DNA from: an uncultured Pseudomonadota bacterium | Lineage (GTDB): Bacteria > Oederibacteriota > Muellerivitia > Muellerivitales > Muellerivitaceae | Length of the DNA stretch: 64,000 nt | Assembly: GCA_963843375.1 (NCBI GenBank) | Contig: CAWJKT010000010.1 | Span: forward strand, 105,424 to 169,423 | Direction: 5' to 3' | In this document: in pieces, positions 41,240-50,493 of the stretch | Numbering within the stretch: the stretch's first letter is position 1 | Layout: each line of letters begins with the position of its first letter | The notes under the pieces: model-generated | The model's input: only the letters and a program-made list of their open reading frames with translations | The model's database searches: none | What the model was told of the DNA's origin: nothing | Position numbers and translations under genes: made by a program

Positions 41240-41608
41240 ATGAAAAAGGCAATGATGATTTTGTTGGCGGCGACGTTGATGGTTTTAGCGAGCGTTAAAT
41301 TATGGGCTCATGGAGATGATAAAACATCCGATCAAAACTTGACAGGGGAAGTGGTCTGCCTTAACTGCTATTTGGCGCATGGGGGACAAGGGAATGTCCA
41401 TGTCAAATGCGCGAAACAATGTTTTGTCAAGGGTTTGCCGGTTGGTTTGAAAGTCGGGGAAAAACTTTATTTGTTGGTGGGGGAAAAACACGGAACCGCC
41501 AATAAGATGATGGCTCCCTATGCCGGGAAACAGGTTACGGTTTCCGGCCATCTTTTTGAGCAAGAGGGAATGAGTATGTTCGAGGTTGAAAAAGTTAAAA
41601 AAAATTAA
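41240..41608 (+). CDS. Small exported Cys/His protein
   Basis: Signal peptide LWA|HG; GEVVCLNCYLAH...HVKCAKQC..KGLPVGL. Confidence 0.7.
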   Translation: MKKAMMILLAATLMVLASVKLWAHGDDKTSDQNLTGEVVCLNCYLAHGGQGNVHVKCAKQCFVKGLPVGLKVGEKLYLLVGEKHGTANKMMAPYAGKQVTVSGHLFEQEGMSMFEVEKVKKN

Positions 41609-41676
41609 GGCTATTGCTGAATAATATTTTTGTACCTTAAAGTAAAGTTTAATTTTTTCTGATTATTGGTTATTAT

Positions 41677-42558
41677 TTGGCCGTGACCCGCTACTTTACC
41701 AACAAACAACTATTAAACCCTCCCATCAAACGTGCAGCCTATTCGGATCGCACCGCCTGGATCATGTCACAATGCTCCGAATTGGCCTATGTAGAAGAAC
41801 CTGTTTTGTTGAAGAAGAACTTGGCTGAAGGGGATTTCACCCTTCTCAAAACATTCGTCTACCAACCCAAGCGCATGAACGCCTACCTGGCCCTATCTAT
41901 CAAGCACAAGTTGTCCGTATTAGCTTTTAAGGGCACTGTACCTTCCGAATGGCCCACGGTTCAGGTTGATTTGGATTTTCGCTATTACCACACGAAAAAT
42001 GGGGTTTTTCACCAGGGATTTTATGATGCTTTCAAAGCTATGGAAAAACCCATCAACCGAAACCTAGGGTTAGTGCGGGGACTGCCCATTTACATTACCG
42101 GACATAGTCTTGGAGGCGCATTGGCGACCATGGCGGCCATGAACCTGACCGAAACCGACCGAGTGGCAGCCTGTTACACTTTCGGTGCGCCCCGCATTTG
42201 CGACCTGAAAACCATCATCCATTTTTACAAAATACCCATTTATCGGGTGGTCCATGCCGACGATATTGTACCGTCCCTGCCGCCGCCTTCAATGTTCGGA
42301 GGCTATGCCCAGATCGGCGACCTACGCTATATTACCGATAATTTCGAGTTGATCCCCGGTAGCGCGGCGGTTTGGTTGCGCTTATGGCTTCAAATTAAAA
42401 GCTTCCTCCTCTTGCGTTGGAAGAATTCTATTGCGGATCACATGATCGACTTTTATGCAAAGATTCTGCAAAGGATTGCCGAGGACAGAGAAGAACGTCG
42501 ACTGCGCCATAAATTCGGGAAATTGGCTTCAAATATATTTGCAGCAACTAAAAAATAG
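41677..42558 (+). CDS. Class 3 lipase family protein
   Basis: LAFKGT, HQGF, ITGHSLGGALA, YTFGAPR, DIVP, DH. Confidence 0.88.
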   Translation: MAVTRYFTNKQLLNPPIKRAAYSDRTAWIMSQCSELAYVEEPVLLKKNLAEGDFTLLKTFVYQPKRMNAYLALSIKHKLSVLAFKGTVPSEWPTVQVDLDFRYYHTKNGVFHQGFYDAFKAMEKPINRNLGLVRGLPIYITGHSLGGALATMAAMNLTETDRVAACYTFGAPRICDLKTIIHFYKIPIYRVVHADDIVPSLPPPSMFGGYAQIGDLRYITDNFELIPGSAAVWLRLWLQIKSFLLLRWKNSIADHMIDFYAKILQRIAEDREERRLRHKFGKLASNIFAATKK

Positions 42559-42598
42559 ATTCCAACGTTCCAATTAGATCGCGAGAAGTTTCTCAAAG

Positions 42599-42633
42599 AA
42601 AAAGCCGTGGATTGTTAGATCCCGGCCTTTTTT
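42599..42633. terminator. Bidirectional terminator between the convergent lipase and GPx genes
   Basis: A-tract, GCCGTGGAT/ATCCCGGC stem, T-tract. Confidence 0.6.
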
Positions 42634-42651
42634 GTTTAAAGATTTTTAAAA

Positions 42652-43218
42652 TTATTTTGAAACGGCAGCCTGGATGTCAGCGTCGAAATCTTCTGGTTCA
42701 ATTTTCGTAACGATCCTTTTTATGGGATGGCCATCCCGGTCGATCAGGAATTTTGTGAAATTCCATCCGATGTCCAGTTTTCCATCCGGGTCCGGTTCCG
42801 AGGTTTTAAGGAACTTGTAAAGAGGATTGGCATTGTCCCCGTTGACTTCAATCTTATCGAAGAGAGGGAATGTCACGTTGTATTTGCTGGTGCAAAAGGT
42901 CTTAATTTCTGCGTCCGTTCCCGGTTCCTGTTCCTTGAATTGGTTGCAGGGGAATCCCAGGATGGCAAAGCCTTTTCCCTTATACTTCTCATATAGCTTT
43001 TCCAAACCGGTATATTGTGGTGTATGGCCGCATTTGCTGGCAACGTTTACGATAAGCAAAACCTTTCCCTTGTATTTGGAAAGGGGAACCGTATTACCAT
43101 CGATATCCTTCATCTTGAACGAATAAACCGTGTCGGATTTCGTTTCGTCGGCCAAAATGGCGGAAACCGATAGGCAGACAAGTAACGCTCCAAGAATCAT
43201 TCCAAAACATTTCTTCAT
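42652..43218 (-). CDS. Glutathione peroxidase family (Cys type) with signal peptide
   Basis: NVASKCG, FPCNQF..QE, WNFTKFL; start taken at MKKCF. Confidence 0.92.
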   Translation of the reverse strand: MKKCFGMILGALLVCLSVSAILADETKSDTVYSFKMKDIDGNTVPLSKYKGKVLLIVNVASKCGHTPQYTGLEKLYEKYKGKGFAILGFPCNQFKEQEPGTDAEIKTFCTSKYNVTFPLFDKIEVNGDNANPLYKFLKTSEPDPDGKLDIGWNFTKFLIDRDGHPIKRIVTKIEPEDFDADIQAAVSK

Positions 43219-43500
43219 AATATTGCCCCCTATCCAATGGTTGATTTCATTATTACGCCATGGGTTCATGAAAAAATCTAGAGGGGTTGTTGATTTTAGG
43301 TGATCCCCTTGAACCGAAATGTAAATGGTTTCACATAATTTTACCTTTAATTGACTTTCAAGTTTCAGGATTATTAATACAATGCTTAGAAAAGGTCATT
43401 TATTGTCGGTAGAATTTCGATACTTTCGTCAAAACGACACTCGCCTGATTAATGAATCGTCTAAAGCTTACTATCAACATTTCACTTAGATCAGGATAAT

Positions 43501-43965
43501 ATGGTCGGCGAATCAACTGAAGACTCAAAACCGGTGAGTATTCTCCTGGTTGAGGACGACCTAGGCGATGTCAAATTAACGATGGAGGCTTTCAAGGCTT
43601 TCCATGTTCCTTTGAAGGTATCACGGGTTCGGGATGGGGAAGAAGCGGTCAACTACTTGCGCAAAAAAGGAGAGTTTCAGGAAGCGCCCAGGCCCGATCT
43701 GATCTTCCTCGATCTGAAAATGCCGAAGAAAAACGGGTTTGAGGTGCTTTCCGATATCAAAAACGACACTAACCTGGAAGCCATACCTGTGATGATTCTA
43801 TCTGGTTCCAGATCACCCGAAGATATTCAAGCCGCTTACGAGGCCAAGGCCAATTTTTACATCACGAAACCCGCCAAAGTTGATGAGTTTTTTGCTGCAA
43901 TGAACTATGTCGAGGAGTTCTGGCTTAAGAAGCGGGAATTTGCCCCCGAAAAAGATTCGGTTTAA
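43501..43965 (+). CDS. Single-domain response regulator (Rcp1-like)
   Basis: ILLVEDD, PDLIFLDLKMP, YITKP; no output domain. Confidence 0.9.
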   Translation: MVGESTEDSKPVSILLVEDDLGDVKLTMEAFKAFHVPLKVSRVRDGEEAVNYLRKKGEFQEAPRPDLIFLDLKMPKKNGFEVLSDIKNDTNLEAIPVMILSGSRSPEDIQAAYEAKANFYITKPAKVDEFFAAMNYVEEFWLKKREFAPEKDSV

Positions 43966-43976
43966 AAAAGGCCACT

Positions 43977-45164
43977 TTAAACGGCTTGTCCGGCGGCCCA
44001 TCCTGAGGCCCATGCCCATTGGAAATTGTATCCACCTAATTGGCCCGTGACATCCACTACCTCACCTATGAAATAGAGCCCAGGCACTTTTTTGCATTCC
44101 ATTGTCTTGGATGAGAGTTCGTCCGTATCCACCCCCCCCTTGGTGACCTCGGCTTTCGAATAACCAATCGTCGCCTCCGGAATGAATGTGTAATCTTGAA
44201 TTTTCTTGCAAAAATCTTCGAGTTTTTTATCCGTAAGTTTATCGATAACTGTACCCGGGGTAAGTTCCAATTCGCAAAGCCGCTCTGCCAAACGTTGGGG
44301 TAGCCATTCTTTCAAAAGCGTCTTGATCTCGACCTTTGAGCCACCTTTTTTGTGATTCAGAAACCATCGGACCAGCTTTTCAAGGCTTTGGCTGGGAATA
44401 AAGTTGATTTTTAAAGTATTGTCCCTATTCCAATAGAGGGAAGCCTGTAAGGCGGCGGGACCGCTTAAGCCGGTGTGAGTGAAAAGGATATTTTCCCGGA
44501 AAGAGACCTTGCCGCAGGTTATTTGGGCGTCTGTTGAAACCCCTGTCAGATCCCCGAATTTTTTCAAGTCGTTGGCCTTAAACCGGAAACCATCCAGGGC
44601 GGGAAAGGGCAAAACTATTTTTAAACCGAACTGTCGAGCGAGGTCATAACCGAACCCAGTGGCCCCGATTTTGGGGATGGAAAGCCCTCCTGTGGCGACG
44701 ACCAGGGAATCAGAGGTAAATTCCTCCTTATCGCTTTTGACTTCAAATTTGCCGTTTTTCGATACCGAAGCGATCTGTTGGTTTAAATAAACCTGGACAC
44801 CCGCCTTGTGGCATTCCTCTTCCAACATTCCCACAATATCCTTGGCCGAACGGTCGCAAAATAGCTGCCCTAGTTTCTTTTCGTGATAGGGGATTTGGTG
44901 GGCTTTCACCATTTCAATGAAATCCTGGGGAATGTAACGGGAGAGGGCCGATTTGGAGAAATGAGGATTCTGGGAGACGTAGTTTTCAGGCCCGATGTTC
45001 ATATTTGTGAAATTACAGCGCCCACCTCCCGATATAAGGATTTTGGCCCCCACCTTTGGGGAATGGTCTAAGAGGACCACCTGGCGGCCCCTTTTGCCTG
45101 CCTCGATGGCACACATCAGTCCTGCTCCTCCGGCACCGATAATGATGACGTCAAAGTTTTTCAT
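43977..45164 (-). CDS. HI0933/BaiN family flavoprotein
   Basis: IIGAGGAG, KILISGGGRCNFTN, LFTHTGLSGP, VTKGGV, GGYNFQWAWASG. Confidence 0.93.
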   Translation of the reverse strand: MKNFDVIIIGAGGAGLMCAIEAGKRGRQVVLLDHSPKVGAKILISGGGRCNFTNMNIGPENYVSQNPHFSKSALSRYIPQDFIEMVKAHQIPYHEKKLGQLFCDRSAKDIVGMLEEECHKAGVQVYLNQQIASVSKNGKFEVKSDKEEFTSDSLVVATGGLSIPKIGATGFGYDLARQFGLKIVLPFPALDGFRFKANDLKKFGDLTGVSTDAQITCGKVSFRENILFTHTGLSGPAALQASLYWNRDNTLKINFIPSQSLEKLVRWFLNHKKGGSKVEIKTLLKEWLPQRLAERLCELELTPGTVIDKLTDKKLEDFCKKIQDYTFIPEATIGYSKAEVTKGGVDTDELSSKTMECKKVPGLYFIGEVVDVTGQLGGYNFQWAWASGWAAGQAV

Positions 45165-45270
45165 GCCGAAAGTTTAGCAGGCAATTTAAGTGGAATCGTT
45201 AATAATCCTGTACTTAAAGAGGAGGTTTGCCAATTTAGAAAAATGACCTCGAGGATGTTAAAGAAATACT

Positions 45271-46491
45271 TTAACGGACTTGGCTTAAAACCTTCAGCAA
45301 GACGGTACCATGGGGGGGCACCGAAACGGTATAGCTGTCATTAAAAATCCCGAGGTCTTGGTGGTTCCAAAGATCCCGAACTGAAGCCGGACCAGGGGGT
45401 AGCCCCAGGTCGCTCCATTTAGCTGTAATGGAAGAAGTGCCAGTCGAGCGATTTAGAAGGGCCACAGCTCGGCTATTGGGGCCTTCCAGTACTTTGGAAT
45501 AGACATTAGAACCCTGACCATCATCCGCCACACGGACACCCTGCAATCCCCAGGGGTCCTGGTCTACGGCAATGACTTCCCGGTTCAGTAAAATATCAGC
45601 GGTTTGCGGGGACATGGTTCGCAGATCGTTTCCAGCAATAAGAGGCGCGGCCATGATCGCCCATAAGCTGAAATGGGTGCGGTATTCGGTGTCGGTCATG
45701 CCTCCATTTCCGATTTCCAGCATATCCGGGTCGTTCCAAGCACCAGGACGAGCATATGAAGCAACTTGTTCGTTGTTGTCGAAAGCGCCAATCATGGAAC
45801 CCCAATCATCATGAATGTCCCCGCCAGTCCGCCATAAATTGCCGGTTTCGGGCATCCAATTAAGGAAGCCCCAGGCGCAAATGCTGAATACAATAGGCCG
45901 ACCCGCAGCCGTTAGGGCGTCCCGCATTTTTTTATAATCTCTGGCTTGGTTCGAAAAGAAAGGAGGATTGCAGTTGTCGTATTTCAGGTAATCCACACCC
46001 CAATCGGCAAAATCTTTCGCATCCACGGTTTCATACCCATAAGAGCCCGCTTTGCCTTGGCAGGTCGCATTTCCACGGTCCGAATAAAGCCCAAGTTTAA
46101 GTCCCTTGGAATGGATAAAGTCCGCCAGCCCTTTAATACCCTCGGGGAAAGCGGACGGATCCGCCTTTAAATGACCGTCTTCACGGTTTGGAAGTTCCCA
46201 ACAATCGTCAATATTGACATATTGGTACCCTGCGTCTTTCATGCCGTTAGTAACCATGGCGTCCGCGATTTCTCGGATAAGCTTGTCGCTGACCACACAT
46301 TGGAACTTATTCCAGGAATTCCATCCCATGGGAGGGGTAATGGCTAATTCATTTCGGTAAGAAGGACTTGATTGGGAGTTGGTGGAGCTATTAGTTCCAC
46401 AACCAAACTCCGACAAGACAATTGTTAGAAAAAGGCATAAACTCAAAAATAGTGTTCGTTTCACGGGCCTTATTGTAACCAATCCTTTCAT
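45271..46491 (-). CDS. Alpha-galactosidase, glycoside hydrolase family 27, probable lipoprotein
   Basis: TPPMGWNSWN, IDDCW, YLKYDNC, WRTGGDI, WNDPDML; FGC lipobox-like site after a hydrophobic stretch. Confidence 0.9.
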   Translation of the reverse strand: MKGLVTIRPVKRTLFLSLCLFLTIVLSEFGCGTNSSTNSQSSPSYRNELAITPPMGWNSWNKFQCVVSDKLIREIADAMVTNGMKDAGYQYVNIDDCWELPNREDGHLKADPSAFPEGIKGLADFIHSKGLKLGLYSDRGNATCQGKAGSYGYETVDAKDFADWGVDYLKYDNCNPPFFSNQARDYKKMRDALTAAGRPIVFSICAWGFLNWMPETGNLWRTGGDIHDDWGSMIGAFDNNEQVASYARPGAWNDPDMLEIGNGGMTDTEYRTHFSLWAIMAAPLIAGNDLRTMSPQTADILLNREVIAVDQDPWGLQGVRVADDGQGSNVYSKVLEGPNSRAVALLNRSTGTSSITAKWSDLGLPPGPASVRDLWNHQDLGIFNDSYTVSVPPHGTVLLKVLSQVR

Positions 46492-46525
46492 TGATAATTT
46501 ATTTTCTCCAAAATATATTGGGTCC

Positions 46526-48241
46526 ATGCTTCGACAGCTTTCCATTAAGAATTTCGCCATTGTCCAGTCGGTCACCATGGAATTCGGCCCGGGTTTTAAC
46601 GTCCTCACGGGGGAAACCGGCGCGGGAAAATCCTTGATCGTGGACGCACTTTATTTCCTTCTGGGAGACCGGATGAATGCGGATATGCTTCGCGCCGGGG
46701 AAGATCGGGCTGTTGTGGAAGCTCTTTTTCAACTGCCCTTGAAAAGTTCCACCTTTAAAAAACTATCGGAATGGGGCATCGACGCCAGCCATGGGGAATT
46801 GCTCATCAAAAGAGAATTCAACCGTTCTTCCGGAAAAACCCGTAGTTTCGTAAATGGGGAAATGGCAACCGCTTCCATGGTTTCCGAACTGGGGGATTGG
46901 CTGGTGGATATCCATGGCCAGCATGAACACCAAGCGATCTTCAATGTGGGTCGACACCGCCAATTGATCGATTCCTTCGGGCATCTTGAAAAACCGCTGG
47001 AAAAAACAAACAGTGCCTATGAAATTCTTGCGGGTTTGTTGGTTGAACAATCCCGTCTTGGCGGGGATTCCCGGGAAATCGCCCGCCGGACTGATCTTCT
47101 CCAGTTTCAAGTACAGGAAATCGAGGCCTCGGGCGTGGAATCCCTGAACGAGGAAGAACTCCTAAAAAAATACCAGTTAATGAAACACGCGGAAAAGATC
47201 ACGAAATACCTGACCGAAGCCCAAGGATTATTGGACGAGGAAGGCGCTGGCGGCGCTACGGGACTTTTTGGAACCGCGGTGTCCCGCTTGATGGATTCGG
47301 CAAAACTGGATCCGGATTTGGGGAAAATGGTTGAAGTCTCCAAAGCAGCGCAGGAAAGCCTGAACCAAATCTCTTTTGATATTGCCCAAAAGTTGGAGTC
47401 TTATTCTTTTAGCGAGACGGAATTCCAGGAATTATCAGATCGAGTCGATGGACTGAATTCCTTGAAAAAGAAGTACGGTGATTCGGTGGGGGAAATCGTG
47501 AAGTACCTCGGCCAAATCCGAGAGGAACTGAAGAACCTGGAAGACCGGGAAGGACGGTTGGGAGCCCTTGCAAATGAAATTGAAAAGGCGGCGGAACAAT
47601 ATCGCCTGGCTTCAAGCCAATTAAGCTCGAAGAGGGCGCAATCCGGCACCGAACTGGCGGACCAAGTCCAAATCACACTCAAGGAATTAGGCTTGACCCA
47701 CGCCCAAATGGGGGTCCAGTTGACGCCTTTGGAAGAGTCCAACAGCCCGGTCATCGAAAAAGGAAAGCGGCTTCACCTTTCCCCGATGGGTTGGGACAAA
47801 GTAGAATTTCTTTTTTCGGCTAATCCGGGCGAACCGCTTCGGCCTCTGGCAAAGGTCGCCTCGGGCGGCGAAGCTTCACGGGTAATGTTGGCCCTGAAAA
47901 CGGTTCTTACCGAGAGTGATGAGGTGCCGACGCTTATATTTGACGAGATTGACACGGGTGTTGGCGCCAGAACTGCCCCCACCGTAGCCAGATTGTTGAA
48001 TCATTTAGCCGCTTCCAAGCAGGTTTTATGCATCTCCCACCTGGCACCCATCGCTGGATTGGGAGAAAATCACTTCCAAGTCCTCAAAGAAATCATCGAT
48101 TCGAAAACCTCGGTAACTGTCAACCGTTTAACGGAAAACGCCCGAATCGATGAATTGGCCAAAATGTTGGGCGGGGAACCCATTTCCGAAACTTCCCGTA
48201 CCCATGCCAAAGAACTCTATGCTAGAATGCGCGTCAAATGA
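46526..48241 (+). CDS. recN: DNA repair protein RecN
   Basis: MLRQLSIKNFAI, TGETGAGKS, IHGQHEHQ, VASGGE.SR, IFDEIDTGVG. Confidence 0.96.
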   Translation: MLRQLSIKNFAIVQSVTMEFGPGFNVLTGETGAGKSLIVDALYFLLGDRMNADMLRAGEDRAVVEALFQLPLKSSTFKKLSEWGIDASHGELLIKREFNRSSGKTRSFVNGEMATASMVSELGDWLVDIHGQHEHQAIFNVGRHRQLIDSFGHLEKPLEKTNSAYEILAGLLVEQSRLGGDSREIARRTDLLQFQVQEIEASGVESLNEEELLKKYQLMKHAEKITKYLTEAQGLLDEEGAGGATGLFGTAVSRLMDSAKLDPDLGKMVEVSKAAQESLNQISFDIAQKLESYSFSETEFQELSDRVDGLNSLKKKYGDSVGEIVKYLGQIREELKNLEDREGRLGALANEIEKAAEQYRLASSQLSSKRAQSGTELADQVQITLKELGLTHAQMGVQLTPLEESNSPVIEKGKRLHLSPMGWDKVEFLFSANPGEPLRPLAKVASGGEASRVMLALKTVLTESDEVPTLIFDEIDTGVGARTAPTVARLLNHLAASKQVLCISHLAPIAGLGENHFQVLKEIIDSKTSVTVNRLTENARIDELAKMLGGEPISETSRTHAKELYARMRVK

Positions 48242-48294
48242 GGGTGCCTGCCTGAGATAGGCCCTTGAACAAATGAAAATTCGGAGGATTTAAT

Positions 48295-49146
48295 ATGAAG
48301 TTTTGGAGCCGATTTGTTGGCACTAGTTTGATTTTCGCCTTGGCCTTGAGCTTTGGAACCGCGAATGCGGCAGCGAAGAAGAAAAAGAAAATGGAAAAAG
48401 AGGTTGTCCACCACGCGAGGGTGGAAAGACCTCATCCCATTGAAGGGGCTGATTTGAACGGCCGTCCGGGTTATTTTTTCGCGGACACAGCAAATACGCC
48501 TAACCAAGGCCAAATCATGGGAGCCGCCCACGTATGGTTCGATTCGGCTTTCAACGGACTCAGCATTCCTTTTGGCGGAGCTTATGGAATAACCGATCAG
48601 ATTCAGGTCCATGCCAGCAGTTCTTTTTATGCCGCAGGGGGGCTCAGTGGATTGAATTTCCTGACTTTCGGCGGGAAGTATGGCTTCAAGCATGTCGCCC
48701 CGGGCCTGAATATCGCCGCAGGGTTGGATCTTTCAATAGGGCCATTATATGTTGCGAACGCAAGTGCGTTAGGTTTTGATCCTTATGGAATCGTCACTTA
48801 TACCTTCATAGACGGGCTTCAGTTGAACGGCCAATTGGGCGTATTCGTTCCGGGCGGAAGGAGCTATGCGAATCCTCTCTACGGAATCATACCAAACCAA
48901 CCACAAAATATTTCTTTAACGCCTCCAGCTTATCTTCAATTTAATGCGGGGGCAGCCTATCCCTTTGATCCAGATTTGACTGGAATTGCTGAACTTGCGG
49001 TTAATGGAGAAGGGAACGCTGCTACTCCTTTAATCGTTGGTCTTCGCACAGGACATGACGTGCAACTTCAAGCCTTCGGCGGGTTGGACTTAGCCGGACA
49101 AGTCGGCGTTTTAATCGGTGGTGGCGTCGCTCTTTTTTCAAAGTAA
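48295..49146 (+). CDS. Exported hypothetical protein, likely outer-membrane beta-barrel
   Basis: Signal peptide ANA|A, basic Lys run, Gly/aromatic amphipathic strands, near-terminal Phe. Confidence 0.6.
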   Translation: MKFWSRFVGTSLIFALALSFGTANAAAKKKKKMEKEVVHHARVERPHPIEGADLNGRPGYFFADTANTPNQGQIMGAAHVWFDSAFNGLSIPFGGAYGITDQIQVHASSSFYAAGGLSGLNFLTFGGKYGFKHVAPGLNIAAGLDLSIGPLYVANASALGFDPYGIVTYTFIDGLQLNGQLGVFVPGGRSYANPLYGIIPNQPQNISLTPPAYLQFNAGAAYPFDPDLTGIAELAVNGEGNAATPLIVGLRTGHDVQLQAFGGLDLAGQVGVLIGGGVALFSK

Positions 49147-49156
49147 TAGATCCCTT

Positions 49157-49197
49157 AAAAAAGCTGGTTCCTCTTGGATTGGGGAGCCAGCTTTTTT
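49157..49197 (+). terminator. Intrinsic terminator
   Basis: A-tract, GCTGGTTCCTC/GGGGAGCCAGC stem, T-tract. Confidence 0.8.
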
Positions 49198-49211
49198 ATT
49201 ATCAGGACACC

Positions 49212-49691
49212 ATGAACCCATTAACCTACCGGAGGGCTAGGCCTTCCGATACAAGGTCCATTCTCAATCTGATCAACCATTACTCCGCCAAAGGATTGAT
49301 GTTGCCCCGATCTTTTTCCCAGGTGATTGAAAAGGTAAGGGATTTCACAGTGGCGGTCGAGGAAACCCATTCCCAACCCCTCAAAGGGGTCGTCGCCCTT
49401 CATGTCGTCGGAGAAGACCTCGCCGAAGTCCGGTCCCTGGCCGTTGAGGAGGCGCTACAAGGACAAGGTATTGGCAGGAAACTACTCCAACATTGTTTTG
49501 ACGATGCCAAGGAATTGCGCCTTCAAAGAGTTTTTACCCTCACGTATCAAACCGAGTTTTTCTCAAAATTGGGTTTCGCCAAGGTCGAAAAATTAACCTT
49601 ACCTCAAAAAATTTGGGGTGATTGCGTCCATTGCGCCAAGTTTTCCGATTGCGATGAAATAGCCATGTTGCTTAACATATCGAAATCATGA
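49212..49691 (+). CDS. GNAT N-acetyltransferase, short ArgA-like (N-acetylglutamate synthase)
   Basis: LINHY..KGLMLPRS, LAEVRSLAV, QGQGIG, LPQKIWGDCVHCAKFSDCDEIAM. Confidence 0.75.
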   Translation: MNPLTYRRARPSDTRSILNLINHYSAKGLMLPRSFSQVIEKVRDFTVAVEETHSQPLKGVVALHVVGEDLAEVRSLAVEEALQGQGIGRKLLQHCFDDAKELRLQRVFTLTYQTEFFSKLGFAKVEKLTLPQKIWGDCVHCAKFSDCDEIAMLLNISKS

Positions 49692-50410
49692 CAGTTACTA
49701 CTTCCACCCACCCCCAACCAAGTAAAAAATCGACGCGACCTACAGTCTGGAGACAGTTTGCCAGCAAATACGTTGACATATTGATCTGCGGGTTCATTTC
49801 CTGGGTGGTTTGTTTTACTTTTGGATGGCATTCCTATTGGTCATCCCTGACCCTGTTTTTATTCTTCGGCGAATGGTTTTGGTGCCGGGACCGCCTGAAT
49901 CCTACGGCGGGAGAATATTTTCTGGGGATCCGGTATCTCACCTCTTCCTCCAGCCAAGTGGTGGCCGATATCCAAGTTATCAACGCCAAATTAAAACTCA
50001 ACGGTTTCTTGCTGACTGGCGGAGTAGTGGAGCTGACGCTCGCCATCTTCCTGTTTTCTGGATGGACTTTTCTTTCACAGGCTCCCGCTTTCGGATTTTA
50101 TCTCGCCCCCCCGCTCTCGTTGGTTTATTGGGCACTGGCAGGTTTCGCCTTTTTTCTCTGCAGTGGCTATCTCTTGAGCGGTTCCAAATTGGCCTTCTTT
50201 GTCGTTCCGGCCGTGCATCTTTTTTTCCTGGTGGATCTTTTTTTGAGTCACCCTCTCTGGAACAATCTTTTGCAAACCGGAGACTCGGTAGTTTCCGGCC
50301 TTGTCCATGTCACCCGGACACAACCTTTTCCATTATTGGATTTGTTCATCCTCTGGAGCATCTATATCCTGGGGACGCTTATTTTTTCCCGCAAACATTT
50401 GGCAAATTGA
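49688..50410 (+). CDS. Membrane hypothetical protein with RDD-like N-terminus
   Basis: WRQFASKYVD and TAGEYFLGIR RDD-like motifs; multiple TMs. Confidence 0.55.
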   Translation: MTVTTSTHPQPSKKSTRPTVWRQFASKYVDILICGFISWVVCFTFGWHSYWSSLTLFLFFGEWFWCRDRLNPTAGEYFLGIRYLTSSSSQVVADIQVINAKLKLNGFLLTGGVVELTLAIFLFSGWTFLSQAPAFGFYLAPPLSLVYWALAGFAFFLCSGYLLSGSKLAFFVVPAVHLFFLVDLFLSHPLWNNLLQTGDSVVSGLVHVTRTQPFPLLDLFILWSIYILGTLIFSRKHLAN

Positions 50411-50493
50411 ATTAAAAGAATATTTCACTCCTGTTTAAAAGATGGGTTTTTCCCTTATAATTCTCGTCTTCGCAACCTTTTTGAAAGGCCGGT

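Noticed and set aside
42652-43218. Selenocysteine glutathione peroxidase
   Set aside because: The active-site codon is Cys (SKCG); no in-frame UGA.
46379-46608. 230-bp head-to-head overlap of GH27 and recN in the ORF track
   Set aside because: Family-consistent starts (46491 and 46526) remove the overlap.
49810-50415. 201-aa alternative-frame ORF over the RDD-like gene, and other long shadow ORFs (55210-55752, 56014-56547, 21757-22323)
   Set aside because: No recognisable motifs; they overlap better-supported genes.
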